Positions 23,707-33,637 of a DNA stretch of 41,947 bases are shown in pieces. The translations under genes were made by a program, and so were the position numbers. Position 1 is the stretch's first letter. Each line of letters begins with the position of its first letter. Under the pieces are notes generated by a model that was not told where the DNA came from, ran no database searches, and worked only from the letters and a program-made list of their open reading frames with translations. The stretch is from Trypethelium eluteriae (lineage: Eukaryota): the NCBI GenBank assembly GCA_051942245.1, contig JAVECL010000154.1, forward strand, positions 1 to 41,947, in the 5' to 3' direction.

Positions 23707-25592
23707 CTATAGTTCCTTTGCAAATTCGGAACCCTTCTCCAAACTCGGCAAGTCATCCTCGACCGGGTCCATAACCTTCTGTAGTTCCTCCGCCACCTTC
23801 TCCACCTCCTTCCACACCCTCAATAAATTCCTCCCTACCACCTTAGCGGCATCCTGGTCACTAACCCCCTGCCTCAGCATCTCCTGCACCAACTCCGGAA
23901 ACTTACTCACATCCTCCAGCCCCTTCGGCGTGCTCTGAATCCCATCAAAGTCGCTCCCAATCCCCACATAATCATACCCAACCAACTCCCCAATATGCTG
24001 GATATGCCTCACCACCTGCCCGATCGTCGCCTCCTCCTCCACCACCTCCGGCAACCCCGTCTCCGGCGTGTCCGGACCGGGCCGACACGCCACGAAATCC
24101 GGGCTAAAATTCACCATGACGAGCGAGCGACGTGCCTTCACCAGACGCAGCACGTCGTCCGGGACGTTGCGCGGGTGCGGGCAGACGGCGTAGGCGGAGC
24201 TGTGGCTGAAGATCGGGGGCGCGACGCTCGCATTCCACGAGTTGGCGGGGTCGTCGGGGTCCGGAGTCGGTGCGCCGCTGAGGACGTCGCGCATCGTGTC
24301 GGCGGAGACGTGCGAGAGGTCGACGAGCATGCCCAGCCGGTTCATCTCGTGGATGAGGGTGCGTCCCGCGGGGCTGAGGCCGTGCCATAGCGGCTGCTTG
24401 GCGGTGGGGCAGCCGCTGGTGGGGTCGGGCACGATGGCCGCGTCGGCGTAGCGGTTGTGGCAGTTCCAGGTCAGGGTGGCGTAGCGGACGCCGAGGGCGT
24501 GGTAGAGGCGGAGGGTGGAGAGGGAGTTGCCGATTTGATGGAGGCCTTCGATGGCGAGGGGAGAGATGAGGCGGCCGGAGGAGAAGGCGGCGAGGGCGGC
24601 GGTGTGGGAGGGAGTTGGGGTGAAGTAGCGGGGGTAAGCGGTGGACAGGCGGTGAAACAGGTCGATTTGTTCGAGGGTTTGGCGGACGTCTTTGTGGGTA
24701 GGCTGCAGTCAGTAGGGGGCCAGGGATTTAGGGGGAAAGGAGAATCAGTAGAAAGATGAAAAGGTTTTCTTCGAATGGACTCAGATGTACGAGAGAGGCA
24801 AGGGACTCTGATCTCTTAGAGAATACCTTACCGCGGAGGGGGGGGTTTTCAACTGGTAATAAATACAAAGTTACCTCAATTTTACTGTTATGACCGTATT
24901 GGCCTATGTTAACTGAGGAACCCCCCGACCGCGATAAGGTAGATATCTAGATAAAAAGGTTCATATGGATGGACTCAGTTATACGGGGGAAGCAAGGGAA
25001 CTTCGATCTTCTAAAACGTAATGTGTCACTTTGAATGTTGACCGGGCTCAGAAAATGACATATGAAACGAAGGACTCACAAGGCTCATATGCCTCATCCG
25101 AAAAATTCCAGGCATCTGATGGACATGGAACATATGCGCTCCAGAATGCGCCTCCCATTCTGCCTTTGTCGATCCGTGGCAAGTCGACATGATAGTCCAG
25201 ACCGCCATGCTCAAACTTTCTCTTAAAGTCCTTACTGTAGATGTGATTGCCTTTAAGATATCTCAAGAGAATCAATAGATCGTCGTGACCATCTTGAAGG
25301 AGATCAGTCATCAAGCCTATCAAGATTTCCTGTGAGTGAAACTACCTATGAGAGGGTTGTGATTCAATATCCTATTGGCTCTTTGCTCGATTGTCAGGAA
25401 TGATGTTGGAATCACAGTGATGGCTTGGAGGAGATAATATGAACTTATGATGACAAGTACAAGGAATGTGAACATCCAGATTAACGAGCGTGGAAAATTA
25501 GTGGGACGCCTTTCAATCAATGTCTTGCCTGTGTCATCATGTTCATCTTCTGTATTAAGAGTTCCGTATAGCCGGATGTCCTTCTCATCCAT
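23707..25592 (-). CDS. Membrane dipeptidase (peptidase M19) with N-terminal transmembrane anchor; exons 25592-25346, 25292-25080, 24689-23707
   Basis: PLIDGHDDL, HVDLPR, GGAFWSAYVPC, IEGLHQIGNS, TLTWNCHN, DLSHVS, IFSHSS, GIGSDFDG. Ends AKEL. Intron 2 (24690-25079) is long and carries a MITE. Confidence 0.93.
24759..25016 (+). repeat. Imperfect ~60-65 bp direct repeat pair (about 24759-24822 and 24954-25016) bracketing MITE copy B
   Basis: AAAAGGTT...ATGGACTCAGATGTACGAGAGAGGCAAGGGAC..GATCT versus AAAAGGTT...ATGGACTCAGTTATACGGGGGAAGCAAGGGAAC..GATCT. Confidence 0.7.
24824..24941. mobile_element. Foldback MITE, copy B (internally deleted), inside dipeptidase intron 2
   Basis: TACCTTACCGCGG...CAACTGGTAATAAATACAAAGTTACCTC...CTATGTTAAC joined directly to TGAGGAACCCCCCGACCGCGATAAGGTA. 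Left arm intact, most of the right arm missing. Confidence 0.8.
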
Positions 25593-25806
25593 AGTCACGG
25601 TGCAATATTTGTTTGTTTAGTTTTTAAGGTAAGCTTCAAGAAGGAAGTTGAGGAACAAGCAGGGGTTCACCATTACTAGGCACGAGTGCAGGCGCGGCAA
25701 GTAAGACTGTTGATGAGTTTGGAGGTTTGCGGCGCTGTTTCAAGCGGCGCTTTTCCCAAGACGTGACGTCATGTAGCCACAGCACAGACTCACCTACCTT
25801 AGTAGG

Positions 25807-25992
25807 TACCTTACGGCGGCTGGGGGGTTTCCTCAACAGGTAATCAATACAATGTTACCTCAGTTCAACTGTTCAGACCTTGTTGGTCCATGTTAACACC
25901 GCCTTAACATGGGCCAACATGGTCATAACAGTGAATTCGAAATAACATTGTATTGATTACCTGTTGAGGAACCCTCCCGCCGCCGTAAGGTA
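25807..25992. mobile_element. Foldback MITE, copy C (best preserved)
   Basis: TA-CCTTACGGCGG...CCGCCGTAAGG-TA with arms pairing almost to the central CACCGCC loop. TA flanks are consistent with a Tc1/mariner-type target-site duplication. Confidence 0.88.
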
Positions 25993-26320
25993 GATAAGGT
26001 AATTTACCTCGCAAATATCAAGCCACTGGCTTGACAAACGTGCCGAACCTCAAGCTGCACTCCGTACAAATGCGGGCACAGTGGATCTCCCTTTTTTTTA
26101 TGTGGGGGGGTGATGGGGGCTGTTTGGGCAGATACGAAAATTGGAGTGCTACTGGCATCGCTCGCTTTTCGATGGCTGGGAAACAAATCTTGCTTGATCT
26201 TGGTATGGTACTCCACAACTTCTTCTATGCTTGTGAAATACAGTCTTTCAGTATGAAGTAGCTGCATCTCCGGAGTCTAGGCCAGAGCTCACAATGCGGC
26301 TTTCTCCATTAATCTTACGT

Positions 26321-27563
26321 TTACTCTACATAGTCCCCGAGCAACTTGAGCTGATCTGTCTCTTTGAAATGATCCTTGGTCCCATCATTCCAAGGAACAT
26401 AACTGTCGATCAAGTACACTAGATCGTCGAAAGCCCTATCATACGTTAGAGGCAGCACACACATATGCAAGTTCAATGTGTAACATTACTCTTGGCGACT
26501 AGGAGAGCCCGGATAAACGGCAGAGGACATGAAATTGGTCTTGCATCTGTAGAGTCGAATTCTGTCATCGAACTCTTCCTTTGGCTCGCTAGGTTCAATA
26601 TTCCTCAAATACTCGACACGGTACGGCTTCGCCCGTAGCTTGTGGCACTCAAGATCCCTAACTCCATCTCGTGGTGTGCATAATACACAGCCGAATCAAA
26701 TATCCAGGGATCACCGGTATCGATGTCACTACCGATGTTGCCCTCCCACAGATCGCCGTGGATCAAACAAGGCTTGATTGACCGACCTTCCGACTGCAGA
26801 GCTCCAAGTAGTCGCGGGATAAGATGTGATACAGTGCGCTGAAAGGCTATATCGAGCTCTTTCCAGACCGTATTCGTTTCGACGTGTTGACGATACGCCT
26901 CCGACACAAGCTTGGAGAAGAAAGAGGCCCAACTGGGGTCCCACTCAATGGTCTGAGGTCTCCATCGTAGGTGGCCATGTGAAAGCCGAATATAGTCGTC
27001 GGTGACGAGCTCTTCTTGTGCATTTCCGCAACTCGAGCACCAAGTTTTGCCGCATTAGGCAGGCCAGGCCCGAATGTTTTGAACTCAATAAGGAAAAAGT
27101 ATGCCTCCGGGTTGGAATCTCTCAACTTCCCCCATGCAACGGGCTTTGGAACAAAGTTTGGCATCAATTTATGCAATTCACTCATTCCCACGAATTCTCC
27201 TTCCAGTTGCCTCAAGCCCAATTCTCCAGCAACATACTAGAATATGGCAGTAAGTCCGCAAATTTCCGAACGAATTCTTGGCGTACCTTTAGAAAGAAAG
27301 GCTTTGAGTCACCCTTCTCATTTTTCGCGTTGATTTTCGCAGTAAAAGACCATGCAGAATGGCCATAACTATGAGCAGACTCTACAAAAATGCCCGAAGG
27401 AATAGCTGGAAAGACGAGTCATTGTGAGATACAAGTTAAATCCACAAAGCTCTCCATCTTGCTTACCAGCAATCACCGCTTCATCAGGTCTGAAGCACCG
27501 CCCAGTCTCATCGCAAATTGCTTCGAGATTTTGCTTTAGCTCATCTTGCAGTTTAAGTGACAT
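26321..27563 (-). pseudogene. Fructosamine/ketosamine-3-kinase-like gene with two frameshifts
   Basis: Spliced frame gives FFLK|YVAG...GEFVGM...FGFHMATYDG, shift near 26959 to PQTIEWDPSWASFF...PCLIHGDLWEGN...IFDSAVYYAHHEMELGI, shift near 26651 to HKLRAKPYRVEY...EFDDRIRLY, and a last exon AFDDLVYLID ending TAA at 26321. Confidence 0.85.
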
Positions 27564-28257
27564 CTTGGCGAATCGCCTGATGCCATCAGACTCAGTTTTC
27601 GTAACGATTTTGTTGGTTTTGCAGATATCAGAGCCTTTCGAAATGAAAACTTTGTGGGGCTAGGGGGTTGCAAAAAAAATATTAACAAGAGATTTTACAT
27701 ACTCATGATACATGAATAGGTACTTTTTACCTGTTTCCATCCCGGGCGGTTGAGCGTCGTAGGTTTCGACCTTTCAAAACCGACGACTGCGAAACTCCGG
27801 AACAGTATCCTGATCTTGTTCAGTCAGCAGAGTATTGTCCCTCCTAGGATCAGTTGTACTTTCTCCGACAGCAGCTTACTAGAGCCTTGTAAAGGGGGGG
27901 CAAGTCCGTTGTTAATGGCCGAACTGAGAGTGAGTGAGGAGACGCTAAACATTTTGTAGCGGTGCGGACGGGATCCAAAACCTCTTACATTGAACCTTCA
28001 AGTGGGTGGAAGGAGTGAATTTAGACACGAGATCAGGCAGGGGTAGGCTAACAGATGACGTACTTCCCATGAATGCATGACCAGCGCCATATCTAGTACA
28101 GTGAATACTGCTACGGGAGCGGTTTCCAATGTTTGGACACGAGCCCATGCGATACGCACCTTATCCTGGCCAGCTATCCATCGCACTTTAGCTAAGATTC
28201 AGCAGATCGCGCTCAACAAAAACGAGTGTCCGTGAGCGTGGGGACATCTCAGTCTGT

Positions 28258-30112
28258 ATGCCAGAGCAAGATGCAATTAGCAGCGAGAGGCACGAGGCCA
28301 ATCTAGAGACACCGCAGAGAGCCAGTCCATCAACCTTTCCTGTAGCCGTCAAAGAAGAGGGCAATGCAGCTCCAGCTACCATCACTGAGCCTCAAGAGGC
28401 GGACGCACCGGAGACGACTTCAATAAATTGCTACTCAGTATTCTCCATAAGTCAAAAATGACTGATCCTTCTCCTGACAGCTTTCGCTAGCATGTTCTCC
28501 CCAATGAGCAGCTTCATTTTCTACCCTGCTATTTCACCTATTGCGAATGGCATCGGTGTCTCTGTTGAGCTTATTAATCTCACAATCACATCCTACATGG
28601 TGGTTTCCGGTGTGACACTTGCGCTCCTAGGAAATGTGGCCGATAAGGGTGGCCGACGTCCAGTCTACATCGTTGCGCTATCAACTTACATCATAGCTAA
28701 TATTGGCCTTGCTCTTCAAAATAGCTTTCCAGGGCTTCTCATTCTGAGAATGATACAGAGCGCGGGTAGCTCCGGTCAGTTGAAACTAATCTAATCTGAT
28801 GATAGTCTCGTTGACTTCTCCTCAGGGACCATTTCTCTAGGTTATGGGGTTATGTCTGATATTGCTACTCCAGCGGAACGAGGCTCATATGTCGGCATTT
28901 TACTTATGGGGTATGGCAATTTTTGATAATGATATGCCTGCCTGCACATGCTCACGCAACCTATAGACCCAACGTAGCTCCTCCACTTGGTCCAGTACTT
29001 GGTGGAGCTATCACAAGTCGATTAGGCTGGAAGTGGATTTTCTGGGTCCTTTGCATTTTATCAGGTGTATGTCTTATGCTTCTATTGTTTTTGCTCCACG
29101 AGACTGCTCGGAGCATCGTTGGTAATGGTAGCACCCCACCAACACGCATTGTTCATAAGACCTTTCTTCAGCTCATGGCTGATACAACTGAGAAGAGGGT
29201 CGAACAGACTGACGAAGGAGCTTCTAACCTCAGTCTGCGACTCAACCTCCCTAATCCTCTTCTTTGCCTCAGATTGCTGTTCGTCAAAGATGTGGCAATT
29301 GTGCTGATATGCAACGGTATTTGTTACGCAGCCTACTGTTGCATCCAGGCATCGCTCTCATCCTTGATCATCAAGATTTACAATTTCAACGAACTTCAAG
29401 CAGGTCTGATCTATCTTCCTTTCGGATTTGCTTGTCTTTCAAGTTCGTTTCTCTCTGGTAAGTGAAAGTCAAACTAGTCTCATGGTTCTTCTCATAGACA
29501 TACAGGTCGACTGTTGGATTACGATTATGCAAAAACTGCCAAAGCCCACGGCTTTGTCGCAGATAGAAGACATGGGGAAGAGCTGGGTCAATTTCCGCTT
29601 GAAAAAGCGAGGCTAAGAAGTGTCTTTGTCCTTTTGACAATAACATCTGGGTCGCTACTATGTTACGGCTGGGTGATGCAACTCAAAGTGGTACGTCTTC
29701 AAGGAGTAGGTCGCAGACTAGGACTGAGCAGCGGGAACCAGCACATATCAGTCCCTTTGATTCTTCAAGTATTCATTGGATTTGCGATCAGCGGAGTTTT
29801 CACTGTATGCCATTATTCTTTTAGTCTCGTCCGAGGGCTGATTGCGGCATGTCTTAGGTGCTTGGGACCTTGTTGACCGATTTCAATCCTCAGAGGTCTT
29901 CGACAGCAGCAGCCTCTGCAAATATCGTCCGTTGCGCCCTAGCTGCCTCATCTTTGGCAGTTTTACAATTGATCATCGATGCGATTGGTGCAGGCTGGTG
30001 TTTCACCATTATTGGGACAATCACGGCAATTTGCATACCACTCACAGAGATCGAGCGCCGCAAAGGACCCAATTGGCGACGAGATCGAGCCTCGTACACA
30101 GCCAGAATTTAA
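28258..30112 (+). pseudogene. MFS drug:H+ antiporter-like (DHA1/Qdr type) transporter interrupted by in-frame TGA at 28459-28461; exons 28258-28774, 28826-28910, 28967-29457, 29506-29690, 29742-29804, 29858-30112
   Basis: YSVFSISQK*LILLLTAFASMFSPMSSFIFYPA, ADKGGRRPV, DIATPAERGSY, GPVLGG...LGWKWIFW, FPLEKARLRS, NIVRCALAA. Five clean introns and one nonsense codon. Confidence 0.8.
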
Positions 30113-30572
30113 GCTGGGTAACACAAGACCAACTTGCGTCCCGACTTTGCTCATTTGACGCCTACAAGAGTGGGTTGATTGGTAAGTACGGTGCGTCGTG
30201 TTTTTGAAGTTAGAATATATCATGGCTGTTTCACTGTAGGATGTTAGTCATAGTGCATTTTTGCTATCTATTGTATACCTGGCAGCATCGTCCAGCCAAC
30301 TCATGGTTTGTACTGAACATCCTACGACAGTTGATGAGCCTGAATAAGCTCTTGACTGAACCGATGCAAGATACAATGGGTCCATGCGGATTCTTCTGGA
30401 GATCTCCGTCATCCGATATTTAATTAGTTGCTTCCTCCTTGTGTCTTGTCTAAGCCATGTTCAGAAGCCATCTCTTCTGCCGCAGCGACTCTCCGACTCT
30501 CAAAGTGCGAAATCACTGTATAATCAACTTAGACTTTTGTCCCGATATTTTAGCCTATCTCTTTCCGAAACG

Positions 30573-31027
30573 ATGATCTTGATTTATATTTTCTGTTTGG
30601 TTTTTGCTGTGCTAGCTGGTCTAGCTTTCGATGAGGTATACATCTTCGATCTGTCTTTCCATATCGCCTTGTGTCAACCACGGCGCTCACCCTGTGCATC
30701 AGCTCCAAGACATGTCGAACAAACACCAACTGCACTCGTTCCACAAGCTACACTGTGTCCGACGCTGCTATCCAAAGGACGACAAGATCAATAGCTCCTG
30801 TAAGCGGGTTAGCATAGAAGACTCGCTTATCGTCAAGTTCGACATATTAAATGTCGCAAAGATTCGACAGAGTTTTGGGTAAGTCACTCAAGGGGGCTAC
30901 GAAGAATACCGGAAGATATGGACCCTACTGACGAACCTTTTTTCGGACCGACTAGGATGAATATGGGGGGCACTCCAAAGATGCAGCTCCTGCCTTTATG
31001 ATGTGTGGGGGCGATTCGATGTCTTGA
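30573..31027 (+). CDS. Candidate small secreted protein (90 aa); exons 30573-30635, 30703-30799, 30838-30878, 30956-31027
   Basis: Signal-like MILIYIFCLVFAVLAGLA followed by three GT-AG introns whose phases all fit. Four Cys in the mature part. Intron 2 is only 38 nt. Confidence 0.35.
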
Positions 31028-31204
31028 GAGGGAATTTTGAAGGAAATCGTTCGGTCAAATCGCTCGATGTGTTTGTTGCCAACGACAACTACCAAAGTAG
31101 CATCAGGTGTGCGAGGAGATAGCCTGGGATGAATTGAAGCTTGAGTGATGGTGTTACAGCATATTTACATGTGTGAGCCAAGGGACTTGGACCATGTCTA
31201 TGAT

Positions 31205-31682
31205 CTAGAACCAGCTTGTCTTTTGCCGAGCTTTTCTCCTCTCCTCCGTCTGTCTATCGTCAGCAAGGGAAATCAGCCGTGGCGTGGCAAGGAGAGCACA
31301 GTGCTACACACCCACTGTTTCTTACAGTCTCGATAAGCCCTGTACCAAGTTAGTGTCAAATTCGAGCATTCGAGATCTGAGTGTAATCATTCTTGAGGTG
31401 ATATGGCAATCGTGTTCAGATCTCAGTGGTAGGAGCCGTGTCGATACTTACTGGAAATAATCTTGGCACATGTCCCGATCTCCACCATTTCGATGCATGC
31501 ATCTCAAACTCCGTTCTGCAGCCTCCTGGCACGGATCGAAGTATTCACTATGTCGTTTGCTTGAGCATGTCAGTAGAGCCGGCTTCATAAGAGTCGATCA
31601 GGACAAAGTGTCTGGAGTACCTGTTGAACTTGGCCTCCGCGTTAGTGTTCCATGACGTCGGGGCGCTGTCTTCGGCTGCCAT
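31205..31682 (-). CDS. COX23: Twin CX9C cytochrome c oxidase assembly factor Cox23 (80 aa); exons 31682-31621, 31559-31452, 31339-31312, 31249-31205
   Basis: Spliced [80 protein letters not shown]. Two CX9C motifs; all introns have CTGAC/CTAAC branch sites. Confidence 0.92.
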
Positions 31683-33637
31683 CTCTGCGGGCCCACTTTG
31701 CTGTGGTCGCGGAACTGACTGCGATATCTATAGGAACTTAGACTACCAGGATCTTTGTTGGTCTAATTCGGGAAATGGATAAGGTAGGTTCTCGTCCGGA
31801 AACTCTGAAGTTGGTGACAAACGTTGACGCACGGATCAACGCGACTCGAGGTGGACATCATCAAGTTCTGGTGTTATCGATACCTACCTTAGGACTACGA
31901 TCGCATCGGCACCAGGCATGTTTATGAGATCATCTGATATCCATTCTATTTCTACAGCATCAATGCTAAAAATTCATACTCTCACAATCACGTCAGAGAA
32001 CATCTTTATAGGGACAATGATGAGTCAAATTTCGGCTTGGAAGACAAGTGACTGTGCAATGCAAGATACGGTAGGAATACCGGCTGGATGAAGCCGGCTG
32101 ATCAAAGATCCGAGCATGGCTTGAGCTCTATATCATGTCGCATGGATTGAAGCCTGACAGTATGTCGATCACAGGCGCGATTGGAGCACCGGAGGCTGTT
32201 GCTGTGCCCAGCGCCTCGGGCCGTCGCACAAGCGATATGCAATGGACGGAGTCAAGTTGAAGGATCACCTGGATGCGCGTCGCATGCGGTGTGGCGCTGA
32301 GCAATGAAAACATGCAAATGTCATTTCTCTGCAGATGGTAACTTGTCAAGTAAGCATCGAGATATCAGGTGCGTTAGTCGAGGCTGGAATCTGGAAGCGC
32401 GGGAACCCCAGAAAATTTCGTCGATCAGCGGCGTGTCCCGATTAGGGCATGGAATCCATTCCTCACATCGTCTTCTAAATGTCAACCGCCGTCTATCTCA
32501 CTACGGCACAACGAAATGCAGGTGATGCTCTGCAGTCGCATCTTTAGCCCTCCACACCTGTCGGAAAAAGCGCCAGATTTGATACACGTGGAGCAATTGT
32601 CAGCGTTCCGGACCAATGCCCGGCGAACGCGCATGCCTGACGATACGGACCATCCGGGATGCTCGAAGTCTGGTCCAATGAACCGCGCAAGCATATGAGA
32701 ATTGTGGCGCAAAAAATCCCTCCACACGGAGGTGACAAAATTCATCTGGGCATCGCCGGCCAGATTTCACGACCAGGTTGAAGGGAGGAATTGGAGCGCG
32801 CGAAAGCAAAATGACGACTGGAAGCATTGGACGACAACCAAGAAAAGGAATGGAGTCCTGTTGCCACCCTACATGGACGGGCCAGCAGAGCATCGACGAC
32901 GCACATCCAGATTCATGGTGGACGCTTTGAGCGTTGGAGCGGCGCGATAGTGTTCGCACGGGTCTCGCGAGCGGGGATACCAAGGTTTGGACTGCCCTAA
33001 TGATAAGATAACACCGCAGTTGCCATTGAGACTGGCAATAATGCCGACGCGGGGCCACGACTTTTGCCTCTCATAAAGTAAGTCTTGACGAATACTTCGA
33101 AGGAGGTGCAGGGTTATCACAGGTCGAGTAGGAGCGTAAGTGACTCTGGTGGATCCCATTATCGCGAGTCGAGGCCGGATGGAAACGAACGCCAAATAAA
33201 GTTCATCAACTTCTGGTCCGACTTCTCATATATTTAGAGCTTCGCCGTTCTGTCTTGGAGCGTTAGCACTTTGGAGTTCCATATTCAAATCCTTCTTTTC
33301 TTTGATCTGTCCTGTATTCTTACCGCCTTTGTAGCAAGAGTGAGGTGTGCATGATTCGTCAGCCCTGACCATCCAGGTGAGTAAAGAAAAATGCATTGCC
33401 TTCATTAGTCTTCTCATCTTGCCCTTTCCTTTGCAATCACACAGCACAACATTGCCTTCAGGCTTCACAATCCTTGTTAACGGCATCAACGGTGGCTGCT
33501 TGTCCGCCCGTGACCTGCTGCTTCGCCCCCATCGATGTATGGCCCTGGTTGATAAGCTGCTGATAAGCCCAGTTTTCCAGACAACTTTGCGGCTTTTCAA
33601 GACTTGTTACTCACTCAGATCTAAAAGGCATTACATA

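Noticed and set aside
27660..27685. TAGGGGGTTGCAAAAAAAATATT resembling an impala/mimp-type TIR
   Set aside because: No matching inverted end found nearby, and it is too short to support.
31900..33300. Many short overlapping ORFs or a possible long ncRNA (e.g. telomerase RNA)
   Set aside because: No protein motif, no TAACCCTAA-type template and no recognisable snRNA, SRP or RNase P/MRP signature by eye. An Rfam scan would be needed.
33347..33637. Upstream extension of the dioxygenase ORF
   Set aside because: Starts at GTG and looks like pyrimidine-rich 5' UTR. ATG 33638 has a good context.
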